A stretch of DNA of 47,697 bases from Ministeria vibrans ATCC 50519 (lineage: Eukaryota; Protista; Filasterea). The stretch spans positions 28,884 to 76,580 of the forward strand of contig CALSCP010002677.1 in the NCBI GenBank assembly GCA_943704425.1, written 5' to 3'. The translations under genes and the position numbers were made by a program. Below are positions 26,978 through 38,294 of this stretch, piece after piece (position 1 is the stretch's first letter; the number at the start of each line of letters is the position of its first letter). The notes below the pieces were generated by a model, which was not told the DNA's origin, made no database searches, and saw only the letters and a program-made list of their open reading frames with translations.

Positions 26978-28218
26978 TCATTTGGGAGTTTGGCTGTAAA
27001 ACTCGACAGTGTCGTCGATGGCCTGCGAGAGCGAAAACACATCGGAGTACTGAAGCACACGGGCGGCATATGAGACGTTGTAGGGCTGGTTGGCAAACAT
27101 ATGGCGTGTCACAGCAGGAATGAGCTGGAAAGCGGGATGGCGCAGATGGCCACGCGTGAACCAGTTGATGGCGGTCGTAATGTAGGCAATACAAAGCATG
27201 GCTCCCTCAGGGGTGTACGAAAACGAATTAATACCAACGCGGCGCATAAACTGAGTGCGCCACTGGTGCTGAGGAATCGTTCCATCCGTGTTGCCCACAA
27301 ACAGTGCGTGTCCGCCCACGGGGCTGTCTGGTGTGCGGGCCAGATGCCGCGCAGCACACAGGTGCCACTCCACAAGATTCTTCACGTAGACCATAGAGTG
27401 TATAGCACACTCATTGCCCATATGTGTCACAGACTTGGGCGTGAGACACAGCTCTTCGGTCACGAGCCGGTCGCGAGGGCCAAACAGGTGATCGGGACGC
27501 AATGCAATGGTGCGCGTGACACCACGACCGTGCGCCGCTCTAATCAGCGCCTCTGCCTCCTTCTTGCAGTGTCCATACGTTGAAATGGGCGTTGGGTTCT
27601 CACGCAGAGCGCGTTCTTCGTTGATCGAGTCGTCGCGTGAGAGTCCGTCAAACACGGCCGAGATGGAGCTGGTATACACAAGCTGCTCAACGCCCTGTGT
27701 GATGCACGCATTGATCACGTTGGCTGTCCCAACCAAATTGACATTGTGGACCTAGCAAGGGATCACGAGTGAGAGGAGAGCGAGAGAGTGAGTGCGAGTG
27801 CGCTTACCAACGTCGCGTCTGTGTAGCGCATCGCAACGACAGCAGCAGTGTGGAACACAGTTTCGGCACCTTCGACAAGCTTGAGCATTGCCTGAGCATC
27901 CTGCACGTCCGCAACGAGGTGCTTGACGCGAGGGAGATTGGCAAGAGGCGAGTCGGACAGAGGGGGTTGAAGATCCGCTGCCCGAATCTCGTCGTACTCG
28001 CCGTCTGCCGCAAGTCTCTCGATGAAATGAGACCCAAAGAAACCTTGTGCTCCTGTTACAATAACGACGCGGTGTTTTCGTTTGCTTGGAGGCTTGGCAG
28101 AAGGAGCATTGACCAAAGGTGGAACGGACATCTTTCGAATTGACCGTGGAGGAAAGTAGTGCTCTCGCAAAAGCACAATGGCTGCCAGAACGGCACCAAT
28201 TGACCATAGAACGATCAT
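26978..28218 (-). CDS. 3-beta-HSD/NSDHL-like extended SDR, tandem copy B
   Basis: Same motifs as copy A (TGAQGFFG, YGHCK, ALRPDHLFGPRD). One intron at 27807-27752. ATG at 28218. Confidence 0.85.
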
Positions 28219-28694
28219 GGTGGCAGTCAATATCAGAAAAGTAATAAATATTAAATGGGGTTCAAATTATCTCATGTTAGTATTCTTTTTAGGGTCTCAG
28301 TCGCGGTACCTTCGCTTGTACCAGCTTAGGCCCTCACGTACGCAAAACTTGGGCGCTGCGATGCGCACTATGAGACGCTCATAATAATTAAGATCCGAGA
28401 ATAAACGGATAGCCGTCGAACATCTGTCGCATCCATCCTTTGGCAGAATCAGCTATGGCTGGAAGGAAGTTTTGGCGTTGCAGCGTTAATTAAGGGTTTG
28501 TGGGCAATTCTGATTTATTTCTGCAGCAAATCGAGCATTTGTTTATTCGAGCTGGAGGCTTGGCAGCGCGCTTGCTTTGTCTCTCTATACCAAAAAAAGA
28601 TTAATAATATTATAATTATAATTTTTATTACTCCAATTTAGATGATTAGATTTGGATTGCCGATGATATAATAATAATAATTATAATAATAATA

Positions 28695-28724
<30 letters not shown>

Positions 28725-28726
<2 letters not shown>

Positions 28727-30048
28727 GTTGCGCATTTGTTTGTTTGTCGCGCTGTTAGTGGCCACTCCAGCAACGGAAGGCAAAGCGTACTGCAAACGAG
28801 GACAACCGTGCTGGCCCACACAGGCTGACGTGGATGCGCTGACGGCAGCGCTGAATCCGGAAAGGGAGCGCTCACTTGTGTGGGAAGGTCCCGGCACTCC
28901 ACGCGTCGCATCGGTGCCTGTGGGCTCGCCAGACGACCAGCCTTTCTATGGCTGGTCCAAGACGCTTGCGCCCGTCTACGTCCAGAAGGCGAACGAGACC
29001 AGCGGCGTCTGCTTTGTGCCCTCTTCGTACGCGCCTGATTCGTGTCTTGCCGCGCTGCGCAACGACCCGCTCCAGCTCTTCACGCCGGCTTTTGTCGTGT
29101 TCGCCCTTGATGCACACCACATCCAGGCAGCTGTTTGGTTTGCCACGCGCCACCAGCTCTGCATCATGGTGGCGGGGACGGGTAAGAAGGCCAATTTCAC
29201 TCACCATCTAATCTAACCGGATCGTCATGGTGTCGCAGGCCACGACTTCCTCAACCGACACAGCTGCGACCAGGGTGTATTTATTCGCACAACACTCATT
29301 CAAGGGCACGAATGGGGAGCCAACAACGACACGATCACCTTTGGCGCAGGTGCGCGAGACAGTGATTGTGTGTCAGACCCGAAAACGCGTGTTGATCTCT
29401 CTCTCTATCACTTTGTTTCTTTCTCCCTCCCTCTTTTCTTTCTCTCTCTCTATCACTTTGCTTCTTTCTCCCTCACTCCTTTCTTTCTCTCTCTCTATCA
29501 CTTTGTTTCTTTCTCCCTCTCTCTATCACTTTGTCTCTCTCTCTCTCTCTATCACTTTGTTTCTTTCTCCCTCTCTCTATCACTTTGTCTCTCTCTCTCT
29601 ATCACTTTGTCTCTCTCTCTCTCTATCACTTTGTCTCTCTTCTCATTCATACATATAGGCACAACATTCAGCACAGCACAATATGTGACGTCGCTGCGTG
29701 ATCGGTTTGTCTCGAGTGGTTGGGGCATTACTGTCGGCATCATTGGATGGTCCATCGGAGGAGGTTAATAATTATGTTTTCTTTTTTGATCATCAACTCG
29801 ACTAAAATTATATTTCAAATCGTTTCAGGCCACGGGCCGTTTGCGCCCTCCTCGGGCCTTGGCGTGGACAACATTGTTTCAGCGTGGCTCGTGACTGCCT
29901 CAGCGCGTCTCATCCATGTTTCCAACAGCAGCCACACCGACTTGTACTGGGCCTTGCGCGGCGGCGGAGGCTCTACCTGGGGCGTCATTGCCAACATCAC
30001 TGTCCGCACACACCAAACCCCTCCAGGTACAATAATAATAAAAATAAT

Positions 30049-30079
<31 letters not shown>

Positions 30080-30420
30080 TAATATTGATTATTAATTATT
30101 ATTATTATTATTATTATTATTAATTTTTATTATTATGTATATACGACAAACATAATGTTTTTCATTGTTGTTTTGTCGTTTTTGTTAGGTGGAATCACAA
30201 TGGCCAAAGTGGGCGGAGGGAACACAATGTGTGGAGAAGGAAAAAAGTTGATGGATCGAGTTGTTGGGGGTTATCAACTATGGTACACAAAGAGAGAGAG
30301 TTCAAGAGAGAGTTCAAGAGAGTTCAAGAGAGAGAGTTCAATAGAGAGAGAGAGTTCAAGAGAGATAGAGTTCAAGAGAGATAGAGTTCAAGAGAGAGAG
30401 AGTTCAAGAGAGATAGAGTT

Positions 30421-30455
<35 letters not shown>

Positions 30456-31824
30456 AAGAGAGTTCAAGAGAGAGAGAGAGAGTTCAAGAGAGAGAGAGAG
30501 AAACAAAGTGATAGAGAGAGTTCAAGAGAGAGAAAGAAACAAAGTGATAGAGAGAGAGAGAAAGAAACAAAGTGATAGAGAGAGAAACAAAGTGATAGAG
30601 AGAGAGAAACAAAGTGATAGAGAGAGAGAAACAAAGTGATAGAGAGAGAGAAACCAAGAGAGAGAAAGAAACAAAGTGATAGAGAAAGAGAAACAAAGTG
30701 ATAGAGAACAAAGTGATAGAGAGAGAAGCAAAGTAAAAAAAAGAGAGAGAAACAAAGTAAAAGAAAGAGAGAGAGAGAGACGAAGAGAGATGAAGATTTA
30801 TTTTTCATCTCACAGCGCTCGTGTTTTTGTTTGTTATAGGTCGCTTCAGCTGTCATCCAAGTGGAGTGGCTTGGCATTCTTCACCCCTGCCCTAACGACT
30901 ACTCCCATCCCTCTGTGCCGCCACACCTGGTCCTTCTTTGCGCAGTACACGTACATGGGGAGTCAGGAGGAAGATGAGTTTAAGAAGACGTGGAAGCAAC
31001 TCAGTGACCTCATTACGACGTACAAGTGGGGTGTCATCAATACGACAAGCCAATGGTGGCCTCAGGTAAAGAGAAGTCTGCACAGTGAGAGAGAAAATGT
31101 GTTTACATCTGGTTAGGTCAATGCGTACGGATTGGAACCCATTATTCCCGTTCCCTATTTGATTCCACTGCCCGAAGTGAATGCGGGTGGAGTGCCGTCT
31201 GTGCTAGTGCCACGCGACAATGTCGTCAACGGAGGACTGCTGGGAATGCTCAATGCAGGCGCTGTCATGTGCGAGCAGAACAATTTGTGCACATCATACC
31301 AGATGTATCAGGACATCACGGGCAATATGGGCTCGCCCACCAACGAGAATGTGTCCGTGTCGCATGGGATGCGCACTGCTATGTTTCATGTGGTCGCTGC
31401 AAATATGTCGATGGGCTATCTTGACGGTAACATGTACAAGTTTGGTAACCACTCGTACTTCTCCGAGAGTGCCTACACCATGGCCAACTGGAAAGAGCGT
31501 CTGTGGGGCGCAGAGACGTACGCGAAGCTGCTCGCAATCAAGCAACAGTGGGACCCCACTCAAGTGTTCTGGTGTCGTCACTGTGTGGGTTCTGATATTG
31601 ACTTTGGCGACACGACACAAGAGCATCGTGACAAGCCAGTGCACGAGCAGACACCACCATCGCCTGTAGTACCTCAGATGGAGCGCACGGAGATGATTTG
31701 TGCTGATCACTCTACGATAGCGCTGGCGCACATGGCACTTAGCCTTGTCGTAGCACTGGCTGCAGTGCTGGCGTGGCGGCACACGCGACCCACAGACGAG
31801 TTCCTTCTTATCCACGACAAATGA
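28725..31824 (+). CDS. Secreted/membrane-anchored FAD-linked oxidoreductase (VAO/PCMH FAD-binding + BBE C-terminal domain), 7 exons
   Basis: Signal peptide, YCKRGQPCWPT, spliced AGTGHDFLNRHS (flavinylation His), TVGIIGWSIGGGHGPFAPSSGLGVDN, DLYWALRGGGGSTWGV, BBE tail YFSES...WKERLWGAETYAKLLAIKQQWDPTQVFWCRHCVGS, and a C-terminal hydrophobic helix. Confidence 0.85.
29395..29645. repeat. Intronic minisatellite CTCTCTATCACTTTGT(TTCT)
   Basis: Several copies within an intron of the FAD oxidase gene. Confidence 0.9.
30290..30790. repeat. Intronic compound satellite: AGAGTTCAAG block followed by GAAACAAAGTGATAGAGA block
   Basis: Lies within an intron of the FAD oxidase gene, in opposite orientation to the 29395 array. 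Confidence 0.9.
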
Positions 31825-32464
31825 ATAATGACGTGATAATAATGTAAAAATAAAAAATAGAGAATCAAGAGCTGTATTCGAATATTCAATGTCAAAACAA
31901 GACAATATAGAAAACAAAGAGCAGCACAATACTTCCGCCGTAGACTTCAAGACGAAAATGTCCCGAAAGAAGCCCAATAATAATAATAATAAGGATAATA
32001 GATAATACAATAATAATAAGGAGAAGAAGAAGAATACAACCCATTTATTAATGATACAGAATAATAATAATAATAATAATAACAATTGACCGATTCGTTA
32101 CTTGTGTACACACACACACAATTTTCGACATTCATCCACACAAAGGATCTCCGTACTCGTCGCATTCCCCATCAAAATAATATTTACTCTCCACTCTGAT
32201 AGTCATTCTCTTCATCCTCGTCTGAGTCGTATTCGTCGTAATAATCCCGATCATGATCGTCATAATCGTAAACGTAGAGTCGACGACCATATTGATGGCT
32301 ATTTATCTATTTGGTCCCACGAGCCCTGAGCCCCTGACCCTCCAGGGCTCTTGCCTCTTGCCTCCGGTGGAATCGCTTTAGGGCGACGTTGCGATTTGAC
32401 GACTAAAGTGTTTAATACAATTAGAAAAATATTATTATTATTCAATATTCATTTTTTTTGAATT

Positions 32465-35208
32465 ATGTTCCCTCTTCCAGCAGTAGCCTCTCGTAGGCTC
32501 ATCGCCAATGGTAAGGACCCAATCCAGACACACTGAGTCACAGACCGACGCACAGATGCACAGACTGACGCATAAAAGACCAAATGAACTTCGTCTGGCG
32601 ACTTTTTTCGTCTTTTTTTGAAACGTCTCTTCGACCCTCTCAAAATCGCCACTGCACGGACTCTCCACGGCTCCTGCCGCTGCACATCGCCCTTTTCTGT
32701 GCTCCACACCTCCTTTATTTGCTTTGTTATGTCATCTGCTGGGGATTTTTTTTTGTGGAAAGTGAACTTGCGAAAACTGACGCGCGTCCTTTTCTTTTCT
32801 TTCTCTCTCTCTCTCCTCTCTCTCTCTCTTCTCTCTTCTTTCTCTGTCTTTCTTGCAGCCCAACGACTCGCACGACGAAGGCATCCACTCGATCCCATCG
32901 TCGCTCATCTGAGAACGTTTCCTGCGGCCCATCGGGTGAGATTTCGTTTTTATATTATTATTATTATTATTATTTTTTTTTTTTTTATCTCTTGTTTTTT
33001 GCTGTGCTAACGCCCGTTTGACGCAGGCTACTGGCGAGACGGACGCGTCCGAGGTCCGATCGCACGACGGTGCATTGGGCATGGGCGACCTTGATCGCTA
33101 CATGACGGCCGGTGACAGCGAACAGGCGGCCTTTGTGCGCCAACGTCAGGAGCCCTATTCGTGCTCAAAGTGTCACACTGCCTTCTCACTCTTTCCCAGC
33201 GACCAGGGCCAGCTCAAGTGCGCCCAGTGCGCATCTGTGTTCAAGCGCACCAACCGCGAACAGTCGGTGGTTGCTGGGAACACGACAGGCTACACTGGCG
33301 TCTCGAGGGCCTGGCGACTCGATCTTGCCGCAAACCGCCGCAGTAATGGTCCCAACGATGACGACAACAAGCGACAATTTCGCGATCGATACTCGTCGGG
33401 CTCGGCTGCGTCGACTGCCTTTGGCGGTGGTCCTACCGCCACAGGCTCCACCGCAAACACCTGTGACGACGAGAGTCTTCTGCACGGCACACTCCCCACC
33501 CCAGAAAAGATTCAGCGTCACCTTGACATGTATGTGGTGGGCCAGTCGTCGGCCAAACGATGTCTCTCTGTCGCCGTGTACAATCACTACAAACGGGTGC
33601 GTGTGAACCACCAACGCAAGTGGGCAGCATCGGCAGCAGCACACGCACAACACCAAGCACAGCACACAACGCAGACAGCATCCACCACACGCAACAGCAA
33701 GGCCACTGTTGTCGCCCCTGCGAATACCATCATCACTTCACCCGAGCACATTCGCGGGCCCGTCATTGACGGCACCATTCTTCCTTCCACTCACCCATCA
33801 GCATCAACGGCTGTTCGTCTCCCAGCCGACGTACTTGCCTCCATCACCGCACCCGACTTTGCCCTTATGGACAACATGTCGCGCTCCTCCGTCAAACTCG
33901 AAAAGTCCAACATTGTCATGCTGGGCCCATCGGGCTCGGGAAAGACACTCATGGCATCAACACTTGCCGAAATGCTCAATGTGCCTATTGTCCTCGCAGA
34001 CTGCACCACACTCACCCAAGTAAGAGAACACACATTTATTGAATCAGAGTCGTGAGAGTTGTCCCGACTGAGAGCTCACACGCCTCTTCTCAGGCTGGCT
34101 ATGTGGGTGCGGATGTCGAGTCGATTCTTGCCAAGCTGCTCTTCAACGCAGGCGGGGACATTGCTCGAGCACAGCGAGGCATTGTCTTCCTTGACGAGGT
34201 CGACAAGATTGCGCGTGCTGGAGCCAACGGCGACGGCCCACGCGACGTCAGCGGCGAGGGTGTGCAGCAATCGCTGCTCAAGATGGTTGAGGGCCATCCG
34301 GTGCAGATCCCGGACAAGCTGATGCAGAAGAGTATGGGCTCATGTTCTGTCGTCGACACCAGTGACATTCTCTTCATTTGCTCCGGTGCCTTTGTGCGTC
34401 TCCCAAAGATTATCAGCCAGCGAATGCACAAATCGGTAAGAGAGACGCAAGGGAGAATCTGTTTGACTTTCCCTCTCGCACAACATTTAATTATACTATT
34501 TTCTTTTATTAGTCTGTTGGATTCAGCAGCACTGTTGTTGATCGCGATGCACAAGAGTCCGATGCGCTCCTGCAACAGGCGACCTCTGATGATCTCATCC
34601 AATTTGGGCTCATTCCCGAGTTTGTCGGGCGTTTCCCTCTCATCACCTCACTCAAGTATGCGGTTGAACACACGCTCGGGCGTACACACAAAGACACTCT
34701 CTGATTGACATTCTCTCTCTGTGTGAAGGGCATTGACGGAAGATGATATGGTCCGTCTTCTTGTGGAGCCCAAGAACAGTCTCATGCGGCAGTTTCAGGA
34801 TCTCCTGAAGATGGATGGGGTACGAAAGAATCGACTCTATCACTTTTGTCACTTTGTTTCTCCCTCCTCTCTATCACTTTGTTTCTATCACTTTGTTTCT
34901 CCCTCCTCTCACTTTATTTCTCTTTCTCGTAACTTACTTTGTTTTTTTTTGTATAGAAACAAATGGTGGTGACCAACAATGGACTGATTGCAATTGCACG
35001 AGTGGCCCTTGAGAGCAAATCGGGCGCACGCGCACTGCGCTCCGTGCTAGAGAACATTCTGACGGAACCCATGTTTCGTGCGCCAAGCGAGACCCACTTT
35101 GACACCATTGTCATTGACGAGTGTGTTGTGCTCGGCCGTAAGAAGCCCATTCTCTGCCGCGCATTGGCTGCTGATCAGAGCACTGAAGATGTTGCCATGA
35201 CTGCCTGA
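32465..35208 (+). CDS. CLPX: Mitochondrial ClpX AAA+ unfoldase, multi-exon
   Basis: Arg-rich presequence from two small exons ([23 protein letters not shown]...). C4 zinc finger CSKC...[29 protein letters not shown], Walker [13 protein letters not shown]|AGYVG, Walker [26 protein letters not shown] ClpP-docking loop, [18 protein letters not shown]. Confidence 0.93.
34835..34925. repeat. Intronic CTATCACTTTGTTTCT repeats
   Basis: Lies within the last CLPX intron. Confidence 0.8.
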
Positions 35209-35293
35209 TCAAAAACTTAATTATCAAACTGTGAATAAATCTCAACGTCATTTTGAATATTAAAAGAATTTTAATTTATTGTTCTTGGCTAAA

Positions 35294-36507
35294 ATGAAAC
35301 TCTCTATTGTTGTTGCTGGACCGATTTCGGCTGCAAGATATCAAATGGCTGCGGTGGCGGCAGTGGTAAGGAAGGGACAATAAAATGCCGTTTCCATAGT
35401 AACGATTTTCTCTTTCACTCAGGCGATCAAAAGCCATGTCAAAGTCGAACTCAAGCCGATGGTAGAAGTAGAGTTTGATGCGTTTCGAACAGCAAAATGC
35501 AGGGTAGAGCACAAAGGCGAGAAATACGCGTTGTTTGATGTGCTTCTTTTAGGACCTCAATGAACTCTCCTACGACGAGGACACCCTCGTGTACAGCAAC
35601 GAGGAGTTCATTGGCGGGTGTCACGCGTTTATCACTTGGGCCAACGAGCGCTTTGGTTACGCCGAGCTGAGACCGGAAGGTACGAACGCAAAAGACACAA
35701 AACGATAACAACACTCTCACTTGACGTCTTTTAGGATTGTACGAGGTTATCGCCGAGACAGAATACGCTGACTACATGCACGGCACTGGCTACACCTACG
35801 CTTTCCTGGAAATTTCAATCGACGGAGCAGTTGCGGGAAAGCTCACATTTGAGCTGTACAACGATCTGTGTCCGGAGACGTGCGAAAACTTCTTGACACT
35901 CTGTTCGGAAGAGAATGTCTCGAAAAAGACGGGGAAACCTCTCACGTACATTGGATCAAAGATACACAGGATTGTTCCTGACGGATGGTTTCAAGCAGGA
36001 GGTAATTATATATAGAAGAAAAGGAAAGAATTCGGCAATAGCAAATGGGGCTAATAAGCATTCTTTGTTTTACATAGAGCTTGGGAAAGAGTCGAGTGTG
36101 GGTGATGGAGGAGTGTTTGCAGACGAGTGCTTTGCAGTGGAGCACACCAGTCGAGGGCTCATTGGAATGGTCAACGAAGGGAGTAAGAAATACCTAAAAC
36201 AGAGCAAACAATCACACTGAACATTGCACTCCTACTCGTTAGGACACACTAACACATCACAGTTCTACGTGACGTGGCGCCCAATGACACCCTTTGATCG
36301 CAAGTTTGTTGCGTTTGGGCGACTCATTGAAGGATCTGCGCTGATGGACCGTCTACTGGACGAACCACTCACAAAGTCAGTGCACACACTTTATTATTTT
36401 ATTTGTTTAGTTTGAGAGTGATTGACTTTTGAACTGTTTTTAGAAACGAATGTCCTGAGCGAGTGATTACTGTCAGTGCAGCGGGCCCTATTGAACTGGA
36501 TTTTTAA
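35294..36507 (+). CDS. PPIL6: Cyclophilin-like PPIL6 (ciliary/radial-spoke-associated, probably inactive PPIase), multi-exon
   Basis: N-terminal extension MKLSIVVAGPISAARYQMA...FIGGCHAFITWANERFGY, then a cyclophilin domain: AFLEISIDG..AGKLTFELYNDLCPETCENFLTLC, HRIVPDGWFQAG, FADECFAVEH, GRHTNTSQFYVT, DRKFVAFGRLIEG. Confidence 0.75.
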
Positions 36508-36777
36508 AACAATGTGAAATGGAGGTGAAATGAAGAGTATAATAATGAAGGCTGGATATTGTTTTGATGACATGCACATCTTATTATAATGCTTCTTTCT
36601 TTTTTTTTTTTTTTTTTTTTTTTTTCATTTTCCGAGTCGAAAGCTCTCACAAAATAGAACAAGAACAGAAACAAGATCAGGTATTCTCACAAATTCGTAC
36701 TAAAAAGGGTTCATTATCAATTTCACAAGATAGTAACCGAGTAATTACTCTCTGACTTTCTCTCTCTCACTCTCGTC

Positions 36778-38213
36778 TCATTCCTCCTCATTGACAAAAA
36801 GCGGATTCGAGTAGACGTGGTCCGCCTCGATGCTCCCAGTCGAAAGGCACTTTTCGTCGCGGAAGTCTTTGTTGCTGAACATCTCGTCGTCGTCTTCGGG
36901 ATTGGCAACGTCAAGGGGCTCCACTGCAAAGCCCGACTGAATGTACGCGTCGATCTGGCTGTCATAAAGACTACTTGGGTAGCGATGAGTAGACATCGAT
37001 GCGGTCATGAGGTGAGATGCACTAGCAACGCTGGTGCGGCGACTGTCCTGCGGAGACATGGCCATGTCACTGCCGGGGGGCAGGAGGTCATTCAGAAGCT
37101 CTCTTGCCTGCTTCGCAACTACCATAGTGCGTTGCTCGCGCTGTCGTGAGCGGAACACCATAAAGGCAAGCGCACCAATAATCACCAGTGCCAGAACAAC
37201 TCCACCCGCAATGGCGGCGATGAGCACGGCCGACGACGACCCACTCGACGAGCCACTACCGCCTAGAACCGCCGAGGTAGGCGCCGCCGAGACAAACGTC
37301 ACTGACCCGCCCCCCAGACTCGCAATGATGGCTGCCTGCGCACCCGTGAGCGAGTCGGACACCACTGACGACTCAATGGGCAGTCCCGTCGCCGGATTGA
37401 TCACAAAGAACACGACACGTACTTGCGAGCCCACATTGACAATCTCCGTGATGGTCACGTCGGTCGAGGAGACTGAGCCGGCGCGACGACGACCCGACAG
37501 CGCCGGATTGAGTGCGTCGGCAATGGCTGCCTGGAGTGCCGAGTCCTGGCACGCAACGCTGGACGTTGAAATGCCGCCCACGACGAGATTGACGCGCGCG
37601 TCCTGCTGTGCCGTGGTGTACGTGATCACCTCGCATGTGTCCATCACACCGTTGACTTCGCTAAAGCCAAAGTTACAGCGAGCACACTGACTGTCGGTCG
37701 CACTGGAGCAGACGAGCGACGACGCAAGGCACGCCGACCCCGTAAGACAGTTGGCGATGGCAGTACAGGCAGTGCACGCGCCAGCCGACAGGAAATAGCC
37801 GTCGTTGCAGGCGGTGCAGGCACTGTTGGTCGCACCCGCACACATTGAGACTGCCGCACAGCCGGTGAACGAGGCGAGTGTTGCACATGCTGAGCATGAG
37901 TTCCCGCTGCCGTAGAAGCCGGTGCCACACGTGCACGCGAACCCGTTCAGCTGGTTCTCGCACGTGTTGGGACTGCTTCCACACGGCGAGGAGGCGCACT
38001 AAAATGAAACGAAGAGTGAGTTCAAGAGAGAGTTCAAGAGAGAGTTCAAGAGGGTTCAAGAATTCAAGTGTTCAAGAGTTCAAGAGTTCAAGAGTTCAAG
38101 AGAGAGAGAGAGAGTTCAAGAGAGAGAGTTCAAGAGAGTTCAAGAGAGTTCAAGAGAGTTCAAGAGAAGGGAGGGAGGGAGAAAGAAACAAAAGTGATAG
38201 AGAGAGAGAGAGA

Positions 38214-38294
<81 letters not shown>

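Noticed and set aside
29400-30720. Repeat word TCTCTATCACT equals half of the tetO operator
   Set aside because: The second half-site is absent, the word is embedded in native (CT)n intron repeats, and no vector sequence is nearby. Most likely coincidence.
30490-30720. Regularly spaced GAAACAAAGTGATA units resembling a CRISPR array
   Set aside because: The spacers are just (GA)n, the locus is a eukaryotic intron, and there are no cas genes.
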